A stretch of 64,000 nt of DNA from an uncultured delta proteobacterium (GTDB lineage Bacteria; Myxococcota_A; Polyangia; Fen-1088). The position numbers and the translations under genes were made by a program. The notes under the pieces are model-generated. The model was not told the origin of the DNA and did no database searches. It saw only the letters and a program-made list of their open reading frames with translations. The stretch lies in NCBI GenBank assembly GCA_963796685.1, contig CAWCMR010000025.1, positions 416,001-480,000 of the forward strand, in the 5' to 3' direction. Below are positions 12,182 to 23,124 of this stretch, in pieces (position 1 is the first letter of the stretch; the number at the start of each line of letters is the position of its first letter).

Positions 12182-12784
12182 CTACTCTGCCGCTCTGCTC
12201 CGCGAGCTGGCGGAAGCGGTCTTCAGCTCATCGTTGATGTGGTGCACACCCTTGGTCGTGCGAGCGACCTGCAGTGCCTTCAGGTGCACCGTCTCGGAGG
12301 AGACCGTGCCTGTCAACTTCACCTCTCCCTTTCCATCCGTTTCCACGTGGATGGCGCTGTCCTTGAACTCGCTTCCCGTCGTGTACTGCTCCTTCAGCTT
12401 CGCCGTTATCCACGTGTTCGACACATCCTCTCCGACGGAAGCAACCTCCGAATGGATCTTCGCCTCGGCGCCTCGCGCCTTTGCCTTGCTGCTGTCTGGG
12501 GCCTGTTTTTGGGCCAGCGCGCTGTCGACTGCGATCCTGTTGTCGACCCTCGTGGCGCCCCCCGCCTTGGCCAAGCTTTCTGCTTCATCCCGGTCTGCCG
12601 CAGAGGGCACCTTCCCACTCAGGACGACTACCCGTTCGTATCGCACCTTTACGTCGCGTAGGTCCGTGTGTCCCTTGAGCTTGGCTTCGATGCGAGTTGC
12701 TTCCGAGCTTTGGCCCGCGAACGTGGGCGTCCCAAAACCAAAGACAATACCCAGGGAAACCAGTATTTCCATTAAACGCATCAC
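12182..12784 (-). CDS. Secreted dual-BON domain protein (OsmY-like)
   Basis: Signal peptide; VVLSGKV...VDNRI and WITAKLK...VKLTGTV...GVHHINDEL; GGAGG RBS. Confidence 0.88.
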   Translation of the reverse strand: MMRLMEILVSLGIVFGFGTPTFAGQSSEATRIEAKLKGHTDLRDVKVRYERVVVLSGKVPSAADRDEAESLAKAGGATRVDNRIAVDSALAQKQAPDSSKAKARGAEAKIHSEVASVGEDVSNTWITAKLKEQYTTGSEFKDSAIHVETDGKGEVKLTGTVSSETVHLKALQVARTTKGVHHINDELKTASASSRSRAAE

Positions 12785-12837
12785 AGTACACCTCCAATAG
12801 TCGATGCAGCTTCAAGGAGCCGCTAGCCATCTGTACA

Positions 12838-12853
12838 TCCAAATAGCGTGCCA
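12838..12853 (-). promoter_or_regulatory. Putative sigma-54 promoter for the BON gene
   Basis: Minus strand TGGCACGCTATTTGGA (perfect -24, -12 TTGG). Confidence 0.45.
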
Positions 12854-12879
12854 GCCATGGTCACCATCGCCCGATTGTG

Positions 12880-12895
12880 TGGCATGACGATTGCT
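12880..12895 (+). promoter_or_regulatory. Sigma-54 promoter (near consensus)
   Basis: TGGCATGACGATTGCT followed by AAGGAG RBS and ATG 12920/12926. Confidence 0.7.
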
Positions 12896-12925
12896 CACCT
12901 ATGGAATTGTCGAAAGGAGATGCTC

Positions 12926-13285
12926 ATGCACATAGACCGGCTGGGGCGGCGTGCGATGAGGGCGAAGCTTAGGACATCCGGGTGGCATATGGCCTTTGCC
13001 CTGTTGAGCAAGCTCAGCGGGTGGCATCGCCGCGCCGGGAGTCAGACCGCTTCGCCATTGCAGGCGCCAGGCAAACCCGTCCAGGACGAGGGTGACGAGC
13101 GTAAGGAGCACGAGGAGCGCGAGGAGCGCGAGGAGCGCGAGGAGCGCGAGGAGATTGTCAGCGAGGTTCCTGCGCGCAACAGGACGTCAACCAGTGCGCC
13201 CGTTGTAGACCTCGGTTTGCCGGCTGTCGCCGCACTGGATGAGCTGTTCGAAAAGGCAGGCATTGACGAGGATTTGGGAAGCTGA
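12926..13285 (+). CDS. Hypothetical protein with an EER tandem repeat
   Basis: RBS plus sigma-54 promoter; no recognisable domain. Confidence 0.55.
   Translation: MHIDRLGRRAMRAKLRTSGWHMAFALLSKLSGWHRRAGSQTASPLQAPGKPVQDEGDERKEHEEREEREEREEREEIVSEVPARNRTSTSAPVVDLGLPAVAALDELFEKAGIDEDLGS
13112..13153 (+). repeat. 9-bp tandem repeat (GAGGAGCGC)x4+
   Basis: Directly visible; in frame, encodes EER repeats. Confidence 0.9.
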
Positions 13286-13320
13286 GCGCGAGCTTGACAC
13301 AAGGGTGCAGAAGCGGCAGC

Positions 13321-15959
13321 TCACCATCGGACTACATCGTTCCACGTGCTGCGGCCGGACGAGGGCGTGGCGCGTTCGCGGTTTTCGCCGCTGGCCGTCT
13401 TCTCCCAGGCGATGCTGCCATCGGCGTTCTTGCGATAGTATCTGTATCGGATGCGCCTTCCGGCGGGCAAGCTCAGGCTCGTCTTCCAAACCGAGTAGTC
13501 CATGGCATCGGCAGGAACGCCGAGGTCCGTGTTCCAGTTGCCGAGCGCATCCGCGTCTCCGGTCACATAGAGGTATTGGCCGCCCCTGGTCGTCGCCGTG
13601 GCATTGACGTCGATTTCGATCTCGCCCTCGGCTGGCGGCACAGCACACGTGTGGTAGCGACTGCAGGCGATACGCGGGACGTCGACCACGACCCCGGCGT
13701 GGATGGAGGCGAGCAGGCTGATGTATTCGCCCATCGCCCAATTGAGCGGCGCAATGGATCCGGTCGGCTCACCGGGCAGATACGGGGCCGGCGTTACCAC
13801 GGGCCAATCGGAACCGGTCCTGGTGCGAGTCCAGACTTGCTCGGGTACGAACCCCTCGGGGGTCGAGAATGCCTTCAGTGCAGCCAGGTATGGCTTACCG
13901 CTGGCGCCATCGCCGGTCCTTGCGATTTCGTACATGCCGCGCTCGGCGGTCAGCAGCGGCCAAAGCCGGCCGCGCCCACGTAGCCCGTCGTAGCTGCCGC
14001 CATCGTTGCGTTCGCCGTAGCCGTCGAAGTTGTAACGAAGCCAAGCGGCACCTTTGCCGGCTATCGTTTGCTCCAGGGTCGAGTCGTACTCGAGTAGTGA
14101 GGCGAGGATTACCGGATCGTCCGCGCGCTTGACCCCCAGGCGCACGAGCTCGAGAAAGCCACCGTCGACGATGGCGCGCTGATCGTGACTGCCGCCACCA
14201 TTGCCGATGAGCAAAGTGGTCGGATCGTCGGGGCCCGAAACCGGGTCATACCCATGAAGACCGATGCCAATGGGGCGGCGCTTTGCCGGATTCAGGCGAA
14301 GGAAGTAGTGGTGGTCGCCGAGGGCTCCGTTGGTGGTGAATGTCCAGGCGCCGACGTTCTGTTGCCAATAGTCGGCTGCGGCGAGGTAGTGGGCCGCGCT
14401 CGCGAGGTCGTCGTTCGTCCGGGCCAGCTCGGCTGCCGCCACCAACCCGGCAACTTCCGCTGCGATGGTCGAGGGCGAGTACCCGCTGCTCTCTTCCCAG
14501 CGCTCCTCTTGGGTCCACGGCCCGTTGGCCACGAGGTAATCGGCCGTGGCGCGCATGGTGGGCCACAGCGCCTGCAGCTCGTTCCTGGTGGCCGCGTCGC
14601 CTTTGTCCCACACTCGCCACGCAAGCAACAGCGGCATGGCTTGCTCGTCCATTTGGGTCGCGGTCCAGTACTGGCGGCCATCCACCCACGCATTCTGTGG
14701 AAAGCGCCCTTTACGGGAATATCCTCGCGGGCAGTGGGGTGCGTTGCCTTCGCTGTCGCCACAGTCGGCCTTTTGCTGGAGCACGTCGAACAGGTAGCGC
14801 ACCACGCGGACTCCCGTCGCGAGGTCGCCAGCGGTCACCAGCGCGTTGGCAAATTTGAAGAGGTCGCGTGACCAGACCATGTGGTAACCGGCGGGGTTGC
14901 CATCGCTACTGGATTGCCCCCATGGCGTGCCCATGCCGGCAATCATGGCGCCATTCGACTTGTCCTGAGCGGTCTTGAGGGTCATGGCGGCGAGGTAGTA
15001 TTGCTCGTCCGCCGTGCCGCCCTGACTGTCGAGGCCCGCCACGTAGGCGTGCCAGGCGTCGTCGTAACGGCGCCGCGTGGTTGCCGGGTTGCTCGCCAGT
15101 GTCGCCGCCGCGGTGGCGATGGCCTCGACGTCGGTCGCGCCAAAGCCCAGCGCCACCACGAAGGTGACGGACTTCTTGCGCGCATCCCCCAGGTCGACCC
15201 AGCCCGGCTGGGCGACGTTGCCTCCGGCCGCGAGGTCATACGTCCAGTCCATCCCGTGGTCGGTCTCGAGATCCGCGCGCCCGTCCGAGAGCCCCACGAA
15301 GCCGTTCGAGACCATGGGCCGGCCGCCGACCCGTGTCCACGGCCGCGATATGCCGAGTGCCGAAGCACGAGAGCCCTGCGACGCTACCAGAAAGGTCCGT
15401 CCTCGGTGGAACCGGGTGCTCGAGGTGTCGCCACCGTTCGAATCGTCTATCGACGGGTCGTGAAAGACGAAGAGATGGAAGTCGCCCAGCGTTCGCCCGT
15501 CCAGCGCCTCGAAAGTCGTTTGCACGATGATCGCGCTCCGTTCGGGATCCGCGACGATCTCTTTGCCGATGCGCCAGTGGTGTTCGGTGTTCATGGTAAT
15601 AACGTGCCAGCGCATCGAATGCGGATCCGGGCGCGTGGCCTGGTACTGCTGCTGCCGTTCTTCATCGACGAACGTCTTGGCCTTATCGGCGACGAAGAGC
15701 TGAGATCCACGGCCTGCACGGAATCGAGCGTGGGATAGAAGATCTCGGACAGCGTACCGCGATAGCCTGTGAAATAGACCCGCGAGCGCGTGTCGAGAGC
15801 GGTGCCGACGAACGATTTTCGGGCCGGCGCCCAGGCTCCTGCAACTCCCGGTTCTCCAGGTGCAGGGCCGGCAGCGTCGACGGCATGCGGCGCGAAGACC
15901 AAGGCCAAGGCGAAGGGTGCGAAAGCGGGCCTCATGGTTTGCGTTTGCAACACTGCCAT
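13321..15959 (-). CDS. Secreted glucoamylase/glucodextranase (GH15) with C-terminal CBM20; -1 frameshift near 15702
   Basis: WAPARKSFVGT, LSEIFYP N-domain; GYHMVWSRD, QERWEE, PEQVW, PLNWAMGEY; LYVTGD..ALGNW...YRY...IAWE (CBM20); start may be 15935. Confidence 0.88.
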
Positions 15960-15991
15960 TCGTTGTGCAAGTCCCTATCGCCTGCCAGGCC

Positions 15992-16034
15992 CCACGACCA
16001 CGACCTCCTGCGGCTTGTCGCGGGATTACAGTGG
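15992..16034 (+). repeat. Dispersed intergenic REP-like element, copy 1 (partial copy at 16126-16150)
   Basis: CCACGACCACGACCTCCTGCGGCTTGTCGCGGGATT matches copies at 31193-31236 (-) and 43031-43092 (+). Confidence 0.7.
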
Positions 16035-16195
16035 CCGTGGTGCTTGGCCTTTGGTGCGACGAGCCGTCACCCGAGAGGCTCAGCCTTGGAATAGGGCCTT
16101 TACCCCGGCGCCTCGCGACGTCGCCGCGGCTTGTCGCAGGATTGCGGTGGAGTCACGACCTTGAATGACTCGAACGCGATTTGTAAAATTCTGAT

Positions 16196-17717
16196 GTGCG
16201 GTGTCCGCCGTTAAGCAAAGCGCTCCTTGGGAAGCGATACCTGGCGGCTGTCGTGGCCGCCTTGCTCGTATGGAGCCCTGTAGACGTCGCCTCCTCGGCG
16301 GTCCCGGCGCCGGCGCCGTATCGGGCCTCGCCCGAGGAACAGCAATTCCTCGAAACCCTGCAGCACGACACCTTCCGCTTCTTCTGGGAGACGACCCCGG
16401 CGAAAAGCGGTCTTACCCTCGACCGCTTTCCGGCCAACGACCTTGCCAGCGTCGCCGGCGTCGGCTTTGCGCTTACGTCCTATGTCGTTGGCGTGGGCAG
16501 GGGGTGGATCACGCGCGACCAGGCAGCCGAGCGGACCTTGACCACCTTGCGCTTTCTGTGGCGCGCACCGCAAGGGCCCGAGCGAGCCGGCGTGGCCGGA
16601 TACCGAGGCTTCTTCTATCACTTCCTCGATATCCACACGGGCTACCGCGCGCCCGGGGCGGAGCTCTCCACCATGGACACGGCGTTGCTCATGGCCGGGG
16701 TTCTTTCCTCGGCCACGTTCTTCGACGGGAGCGACGCCACCGAACGAAGCATTCGTCAGCCTGGGCCGGCAACTGTACGGGCGGGTGGATTGGACGTGGG
16801 CGTATTCTCGGCGGCATCCCCCGCTGTTGAGCATGGGGTGGACGCCCGAGGATGGGTTCATCGCTGCCGATTGGCAGGGGTACAACGAGGCGATGATCCT
16901 ATACGTGCTCGCGCTGGGCTCCGACACCCACCCCATCAAGGCGCAGGCGTGGAAGGCATGGACGTCCACCTACCGCTGGGAGGGAGGCGACGGTTTTCCA
17001 CGCGTGGCGTTCGACCCGCTGTTCGGCCATCAGTACTCGCACGTGTGGATCGACTTTCGCGGCATCCAAGATGCGTACATGCGGTCAAAGGGCATCGACT
17101 ATTTCATCAATTCGACCCGTGCAACCTACGCCAATCGGGCCTACTGCGTGGCGAACCCGGCGAAGTGGGTCGGCTACGACGCTCAAGTGTGGGGCCTGAG
17201 CGCCTCGGACGGACCGCTCAGGATCGGCGGCGAAAGCGCCGCGACGGACGACCGCTTTCATGCTTACTGGGCGCGCGGCGCAGGACCCGACCGTAGGGAC
17301 GACGGCACCATCGCCGTGACGGCAGCCGGCGGATCGGTTCCGTTTGCGCCCGAGCTGACCATCCCGACGTTACGCTATTTCCGCGCGCACTTCGGCAAAC
17401 AGCTCTATGGCAAGTACGGATTCAAGGACGCTTTCAATCTGTCCTTCCCGAATTCGGGGTCGCACGAGCCGGGTTGGTTTGCCGATCAGTATGTTGCCAT
17501 CGACCAAGGGCCGATTCTGCTGATGATTGAAAATTTCCGCACCGAGCGGGTGTGGACGCTGATGAAGAGCAACCCGTACATCCGCAAGGGTCTGCTGAGG
17601 GCCGGCTTTTCCGGCGGTTGGTTGGACGGCAAGCCCGTGACCTCCTCTGCGACCGAGGTCGCGGCATCTGCGCCAGCGGCAACGCCCCCTTGCCGAACAG
17701 CCCCGGACGGGGGCTAG
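16196..17717 (+). CDS. GH144-like endo-beta-1,2-glucanase (glycoamylase/DUF2329); +1 frameshift near 16760
   Basis: TFRFFWE, ASVAGVGF, GFFYHFLD, ELSTMDTALL, then GYNEAMILY, PLFGHQYSHVWIDFRG, AIDQGP. Confidence 0.85.
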
Positions 17718-17722
17718 CCCGC

Positions 17723-20083
17723 TCAGTCGCGAATCCCGAGCTCCACGGGGGTGCCGCGCGTGGAATCGTCAGCGACCCACACCTGCAGACGGCTGGGTTC
17801 GGCCCCGAACTTCAGGTCCTCGCCCCAGAATCCGAGCGCGGCTTTGCCCAGGTTGAATTCGACCTCTTTGCTCTCGCTAGGCTCGAGGTAGACGCGCTCG
17901 AATCCCTCGAGCTCGCGCACCGGCCGCGCGACGCTGGTGCCGGTCAGGCGGATGTAGCACTGGGCGATGGCGGTTCCCGCGCGCGCGCCTGTGTTGCGGA
18001 TGGTTGCATGGATTGTGACGCTCGCGCCGCGACGGTTGATGGCCGCTGCGGACAGCGAGTCTCGGTCGGCGGAAGGCGGCCCATAGGAATACGTCGTGTA
18101 GGACAATCCGTAGCCGAAGGGGAACAGGGGCGTATTGCGCTCGTCGATGTAGCGGCTGGTGAAGCGGTCGAGGCCCGCGGGCACACCGGCCAAGGGCCGC
18201 CCGGTGTTGAGCGCATCGTAGTAGAGCGGCTCTTGGCCCACGGTGCGTGGCCAGGTGGCGGTGAGATGCCCGGAGGGATTGATGTCCCCGAAGAGCAGTC
18301 GCACCAGCGCGGGTCCGGCTTGCACGCCGGGAAACCAAGCGGCGACGATGGCTGGGACGTGCGCCGCCGCCCAGGCAATCGTCAGTGGCCGACCGTTGAA
18401 GAGCAACAGAACCATCGGCTTGCCCGTCGCCGCAACCGCCCGGAGCAGATTCTCCTGCTGGCCGCCCAAGCCGAGATAGGCCCGGGAAGCGGCTTCTCCC
18501 GTCAAATCGCCGTGCTCGCCGAGCGCAAGAATGACAAGGTCAGCTCGTCCGGCAATCCGCACCGCCTGGGCAAACCCGGACGTGTCTCCGCCGACGGTGT
18601 CGGCACCTCGGGCATACGACAAGGTCATCCGGTTCGCCGCCGCTCGGTCGGCAAGTGCCGCGCGCAGCGTGACCACGTCGCTCGCACTGCCTTGTGCGCT
18701 CCAAGAGCCAAGCATGTCCTGCGCGCTGTCCGCCAGCGGACCAATCAGCGCGATCTTCAAGCGCGGTTTCGCCCGCAGGGGCAGCAGCGGCGAACCCTTC
18801 ACGGCTTCGTCCTTCAAAAGTACGAACGACTCCTCGGCCGCCTGCCGGGCCAGCGCCCGCGATGCCTCGGGCAGCGGTTCATGACTTGCGCCGCCGGCGG
18901 CGTAGGGATGCTCGAACAGACCCAGGGCAAATTTCGCGCGCAGGACGCGCCTGACGGCATCGTCCACCTTGACGGCAGGCACCTCGCCCGAACGCACGAG
19001 GCGCGGAAGCTCGCGCAGGTAGAGTCCGCTTTCCATATCCACGTCGGCGCCTGCGAGAAAGGCCTTGCGGGCAGCGGTGGCGTCGTCGTTGGCGATGCCG
19101 TGCGCCCGCAGCTCGGCGATGGACGTCCAGTCGCTGACGACCAATCCGGGAAACTTCCATTCTTTGCGCAAGACTTCGGTCAAGGTGAAGGGATTGGCGC
19201 TGGCGGGAATCCCGTCGATGGCGTTGAACGCCGCCATGACGGTGGCCGTGCCGGCATCGACGCTGGCCTGAAACGGTGGCAAGTACACCTGACGAAGCGT
19301 TCGCTCGGAAAGTTCCGTGCTGTTGTAGTCCCGCCCGGCTTCCGCGGCGCCGTAGCCGACGAAATGCTTGGCACACGCGAGAATCGACGTGGGCTCGCCC
19401 AAGTGGGCGCCTTGGTATCCGCGCACATAGGCTTGCGCCAGCACCGCGCCCAGGTACGGATCTTCGCCTGCACCCTCGGCGATACGGCCCCAGCGGGCGT
19501 CGCGGGCGATGTCGACCATGGGCGAGAAGGTCCAGCGGATGCCTTCTGCCGAGGCCTCTTGTGCGGCCAGGCGCGAGACACGTTCGACAAGCACGCTATC
19601 CCAGCTGGCAGCGAGGCCCAGGTTCATGGGGAAGATCGTGCGGAAGCCGTGGATGACGTCCAGTCCGAACAGCAGCGGGATGTGAAGCCGCGATTGCTCG
19701 ACGGCGATGCGCTGAAGAGCGTTCACCTGTTCGGCATTGGTCGCATTGATCAGGCTGCCAATCTGTCCAGCGGCGATCATGCTCTCGTAGGAGCTGCGGT
19801 GGGTGCCGGGCCCGGTAGGCTCACCCACGGAGAACTGATTCAATTGCCCGGTCTTTTCCTCCAGCGTCATTCGGTCGAGCAAGGCGTTTATCCGCTCTTC
19901 CCCCTGCGCTCGTTTGGCCGTGTGATCCAGGCCCGTGAGACGCGGATCCGGCAGTCGGGGCATCGGGTAGGCGCGTAGGGCGAGCGCGACGCCCACAGCG
20001 CCGAGGCCGACCACGATAGCGCCGCTGAGGGCGAGGTGCCGCCCCAGGGGGAAGCCCGGGGTCAGGTGCTCGGTCGGTGCCAT
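17723..20083 (-). CDS. bglX: GH3 beta-glucosidase (BglX-like)
   Basis: MTLEEK, DVIHG, RDARWGR, KHFVGYG, VSDW nucleophile, TGEAASR, FPFGYGLSYT, Fn3-like tail. Confidence 0.92.
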   Translation of the reverse strand: MAPTEHLTPGFPLGRHLALSGAIVVGLGAVGVALALRAYPMPRLPDPRLTGLDHTAKRAQGEERINALLDRMTLEEKTGQLNQFSVGEPTGPGTHRSSYESMIAAGQIGSLINATNAEQVNALQRIAVEQSRLHIPLLFGLDVIHGFRTIFPMNLGLAASWDSVLVERVSRLAAQEASAEGIRWTFSPMVDIARDARWGRIAEGAGEDPYLGAVLAQAYVRGYQGAHLGEPTSILACAKHFVGYGAAEAGRDYNSTELSERTLRQVYLPPFQASVDAGTATVMAAFNAIDGIPASANPFTLTEVLRKEWKFPGLVVSDWTSIAELRAHGIANDDATAARKAFLAGADVDMESGLYLRELPRLVRSGEVPAVKVDDAVRRVLRAKFALGLFEHPYAAGGASHEPLPEASRALARQAAEESFVLLKDEAVKGSPLLPLRAKPRLKIALIGPLADSAQDMLGSWSAQGSASDVVTLRAALADRAAANRMTLSYARGADTVGGDTSGFAQAVRIAGRADLVILALGEHGDLTGEAASRAYLGLGGQQENLLRAVAATGKPMVLLLFNGRPLTIAWAAAHVPAIVAAWFPGVQAGPALVRLLFGDINPSGHLTATWPRTVGQEPLYYDALNTGRPLAGVPAGLDRFTSRYIDERNTPLFPFGYGLSYTTYSYGPPSADRDSLSAAAINRRGASVTIHATIRNTGARAGTAIAQCYIRLTGTSVARPVRELEGFERVYLEPSESKEVEFNLGKAALGFWGEDLKFGAEPSRLQVWVADDSTRGTPVELGIRD

Positions 20084-20370
20084 CGCCGGCTCGAATCTCG
20101 GTCACGCCCGAACCCGCGCCTACCGCATACATGTCTCAAGTATGACCTCGCCCTCGAAACATCGGCCACGGATCCCGGCTTCTATCCCAATGAAGATGGG
20201 CAGATGGGCAAGCTCCGACGCGGACGGCTGCAAGTTTTTGGTTCCTCCTCCTTGCGCGAACGCGGGACGTAAGGAAACTATCCAGAGATTACCGAAAGCC
20301 ATTCTCCGGAGGTGCTTGCATGACCACCCTTGACCATCGTCCAGGCGGCTGACTCGGTTGGAGCGCGGAC

Positions 20371-21705
20371 TTGGCGATCTCCAGAACCCACCGGGTGCTG
20401 CTGGGCGGTTTGTGCTTGGCCATCTCCTTCCGCTGGGCGGAAGGCGCGGGATGCGCGCGCGAAGCACCGTCCGGACCGGGCGCCCAGGGTGAGGAGGGCA
20501 AGCAGGGCGAGCAGAGCAAGCAGGGCAAGGACGAGTCGAAAGCGGAAAATCCCAAGACCGGCAAGCTGGAGCTGGACTTCTTCCCCATCGCCGGTGGCGA
20601 CAGCGACGTCGGCATCGGTGGCGGAGAGCTGAGCAGCGTGGCGCGGCTAAGCAAGGAGGAGCCCGGCCAAGCCACCTTCATCTGGAAGATCGAAGACGCC
20701 GCGTTGCTGACCTTCAAGCTGCGCAACAACAGCCTCATCATCCCCTTCATCGACATCTGGGCGAAGTGGACGGTGCCGCACTTCGGCCCGGACGGACGCT
20801 TCCGCATCGAGGTGCGCCCCTCGTACACCGACGAACGCACCCTGGGCTACTACGGCATCGGCAATGCCAGTCGATATCCCGACAACGTGCCAATCGATAC
20901 TCTTGAGTACCGTCGCACCCATCCCACCCTGGCGGCCAACCTGCGGGTCAAGCTTTTCGACGACTGTTTTGCCAGCATCGGCAGCTCGTTTACCTTCAGC
21001 CGGCTCGCGGTCGGCGCCAACACCCTGCTCGAGCACGACCAAACGAGTGGCTCACCCGAGGTGCGGCAGCTGCTCGGCAACTTCAATTCGCACGCCATCG
21101 GCCTGGCCGAATTTGGTGTCGAGTACGACTCGCGCGATGAAGAGACCGTTCCGCACCACGGCCAGTACCACATGCTGCTGGCCCGCCTGAGCCCGGCCGC
21201 CGGTTCATGGATGCCGTACGACTATCTGCAAATCGAAGCCATCGCGCGCTTCTACACCACGCCGATACCGCGCTGGTTCTCGCTCTCGTTCCGTGCCGTC
21301 GGCGATACCTTCATCGGCACGCCGCCCTTTTACGAGCTGGCGCGCTTCGACGACACCCCGGCCATCGGAGGTGGCAAGGCCATCCGTGGCGTGCCGGCGC
21401 AACGCTACCACGGCAAGGTCAAGCTGTTCGGCAACCTCGAGGCGCGCAGCGACGTGCTGCCGTTCACCCTACGCAACAAGCCCTTCGTGCTCGCGGTGGC
21501 GCTCTTCTTCGACGGGGGCCGCTGCTGGACCGAGATGTTCCACGCCCATCCCGAGCTCGACGGTACCGGTTTCGGACTCAAGTACGGTGTGGGCGGCGGG
21601 CTGCGCTTGCAGGAGGGCAAGGCCTTCGTGGTGCGGGCCGACGTCGCTTGGTCGCCCGATGCTCGTCCGCTTGGGGGATACTTCGACGCAGGGGAGATCT
21701 TTTGA
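20371..21705 (+). CDS. Omp85/BamA-TamA family outer-membrane beta-barrel protein
   Basis: Signal peptide, YYGIGN, YDSRD, GGGKAIRGVPAQRY, FFDGGR, terminal GEIF. Confidence 0.8.
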   Translation: MAISRTHRVLLGGLCLAISFRWAEGAGCAREAPSGPGAQGEEGKQGEQSKQGKDESKAENPKTGKLELDFFPIAGGDSDVGIGGGELSSVARLSKEEPGQATFIWKIEDAALLTFKLRNNSLIIPFIDIWAKWTVPHFGPDGRFRIEVRPSYTDERTLGYYGIGNASRYPDNVPIDTLEYRRTHPTLAANLRVKLFDDCFASIGSSFTFSRLAVGANTLLEHDQTSGSPEVRQLLGNFNSHAIGLAEFGVEYDSRDEETVPHHGQYHMLLARLSPAAGSWMPYDYLQIEAIARFYTTPIPRWFSLSFRAVGDTFIGTPPFYELARFDDTPAIGGGKAIRGVPAQRYHGKVKLFGNLEARSDVLPFTLRNKPFVLAVALFFDGGRCWTEMFHAHPELDGTGFGLKYGVGGGLRLQEGKAFVVRADVAWSPDARPLGGYFDAGEIF

Positions 21706-21706
21706 T

Positions 21707-23086
21707 ATGCGGACACAACGCGACTCGATGGGCGAGATGGCGGTTCCGGACGATGCGCTCTACGGCGCCTCCACCCAGCGGGCGGTGCTCAACTTTCCCA
21801 TCAGCGGGCACACCATGCCCGACGCCTTCATCCGGGCGCTGGCCCTGATCAAGCTGGCGTGCGCCCGCGCCCACGAAGATCTGGGCAGATTGTCCGGCGA
21901 AAAATCGCAAGCCATCCAAAGGGCCGCCATGGAGATCGTGGCCGGCGGACTGGCTTCCCAGTTTCCCGTCGACGTCTTTCAAACCGGCTCGGGCACCTCG
22001 ACCAACACCAACATGAACGAGGTCATCGCCAATCGCGCCAGCCGACAGGCGGGCCGGCCGCTCGGATCGAATCTCCCGGTGCACCCCAACGACGACGTCA
22101 ACCTGGGCCAATCCTCGAACGACGTCATTCCCAGCGCGCTGCATGTGAGCGTCGCGGTCGCCCTGCACGGCAAGCTGCGCCCTGCCCTGGCCTTGCTGCA
22201 ACAGGAGCTGGAGGCGAAGGCGCGGCAACTGCAGCCGGTGGTCAAGATCGGCCGCACCCACTTGATGGACGCGACGCCGCTGACCCTCGGGCAAGAATTC
22301 TCGGGCTATGCCATGCAGGCTCAAAAGGCCGTTGAGCGCACCGACCGCGCCATTGCTTGCCTGTACGAGCTCGCCATCGGCGGCACCGCGGTCGGCACCG
22401 GGCTGCACGCCCATCCCGAGCTTGCCGCGCGCGTGTGTGGGATTCTCGCCGCCCATACCGGCCTGCCCTTCGTGGAGGCGCGCAACCACTTCGAGGCACA
22501 AGGCGGACGCGACGATGCGGTCGAAGTGGCCGGTCTGCTGACTGCCATGGCGGCCAGCCTGACCAAGATCGCGAACGACCTGCGGCTGTTATCATCGGGG
22601 CCGCGTTGCGGGCTGGGCGAGATCAATTTGCCCTCGCTGCAGCCGGGCAGCTCGATCATGCCGGGCAAGATCAATCCGGTGATGAGCGAGATGCTGGTAC
22701 AGGTCTGCGCCTATGCCCAGGGCCTGGCCCACACCGTTGTCCTGTGCGGCCGTGACGGCCACCTCGAGCTCAACGTGACCCTTCCGCTCATTGCGTTCTC
22801 GCTGCACGAGGCTATCACGTGCCTCGCCCAGGGCGTGCTCAGCTTCGCCGGGTCCTGCGTGCGCGGCATCGAGCCCAACGCCGAACGCTGCCGCGAGCTG
22901 GTCCAGCGTTCCTTGATGCTGGTGACCGCGCTGACCCCGCACCTGGGTTACGACCGGGCCGCGGAGGTTGCCAAGCAAGCCCTTGCCAGTGGCCGCACCC
23001 TGCGCGAGGTCGTGCTGGAACGCGGCCTGCTCGACGAAGCCACGCTCGACCGCGCGCTCGACCCGATGGGCATGACGGGTGCGTAG
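21707..23086 (+). CDS. fumC: Class II fumarate hydratase
   Basis: DVFQTGSGTSTN, HPNDDVN, KIGRTHLMDA, GSSIMPGKINP. Confidence 0.9.
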   Translation: MRTQRDSMGEMAVPDDALYGASTQRAVLNFPISGHTMPDAFIRALALIKLACARAHEDLGRLSGEKSQAIQRAAMEIVAGGLASQFPVDVFQTGSGTSTNTNMNEVIANRASRQAGRPLGSNLPVHPNDDVNLGQSSNDVIPSALHVSVAVALHGKLRPALALLQQELEAKARQLQPVVKIGRTHLMDATPLTLGQEFSGYAMQAQKAVERTDRAIACLYELAIGGTAVGTGLHAHPELAARVCGILAAHTGLPFVEARNHFEAQGGRDDAVEVAGLLTAMAASLTKIANDLRLLSSGPRCGLGEINLPSLQPGSSIMPGKINPVMSEMLVQVCAYAQGLAHTVVLCGRDGHLELNVTLPLIAFSLHEAITCLAQGVLSFAGSCVRGIEPNAERCRELVQRSLMLVTALTPHLGYDRAAEVAKQALASGRTLREVVLERGLLDEATLDRALDPMGMTGA

Positions 23087-23124
23087 ATCCGAAGTTCCTC
23101 TAGGCTCCGTTCCCTATTGGCGCG

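Noticed and set aside
17552-19978. Long antisense and alternative-frame ORFs (e.g. 17552-19978, 57063-59741, 57671-60364)
   Set aside because: They are shadow ORFs of well-supported genes, expected in high-GC DNA.
21293-21706. N-terminal extension of fumC
   Set aside because: It overlaps the Omp85 gene; FumC similarity begins at MRTQRDSMG (21707).
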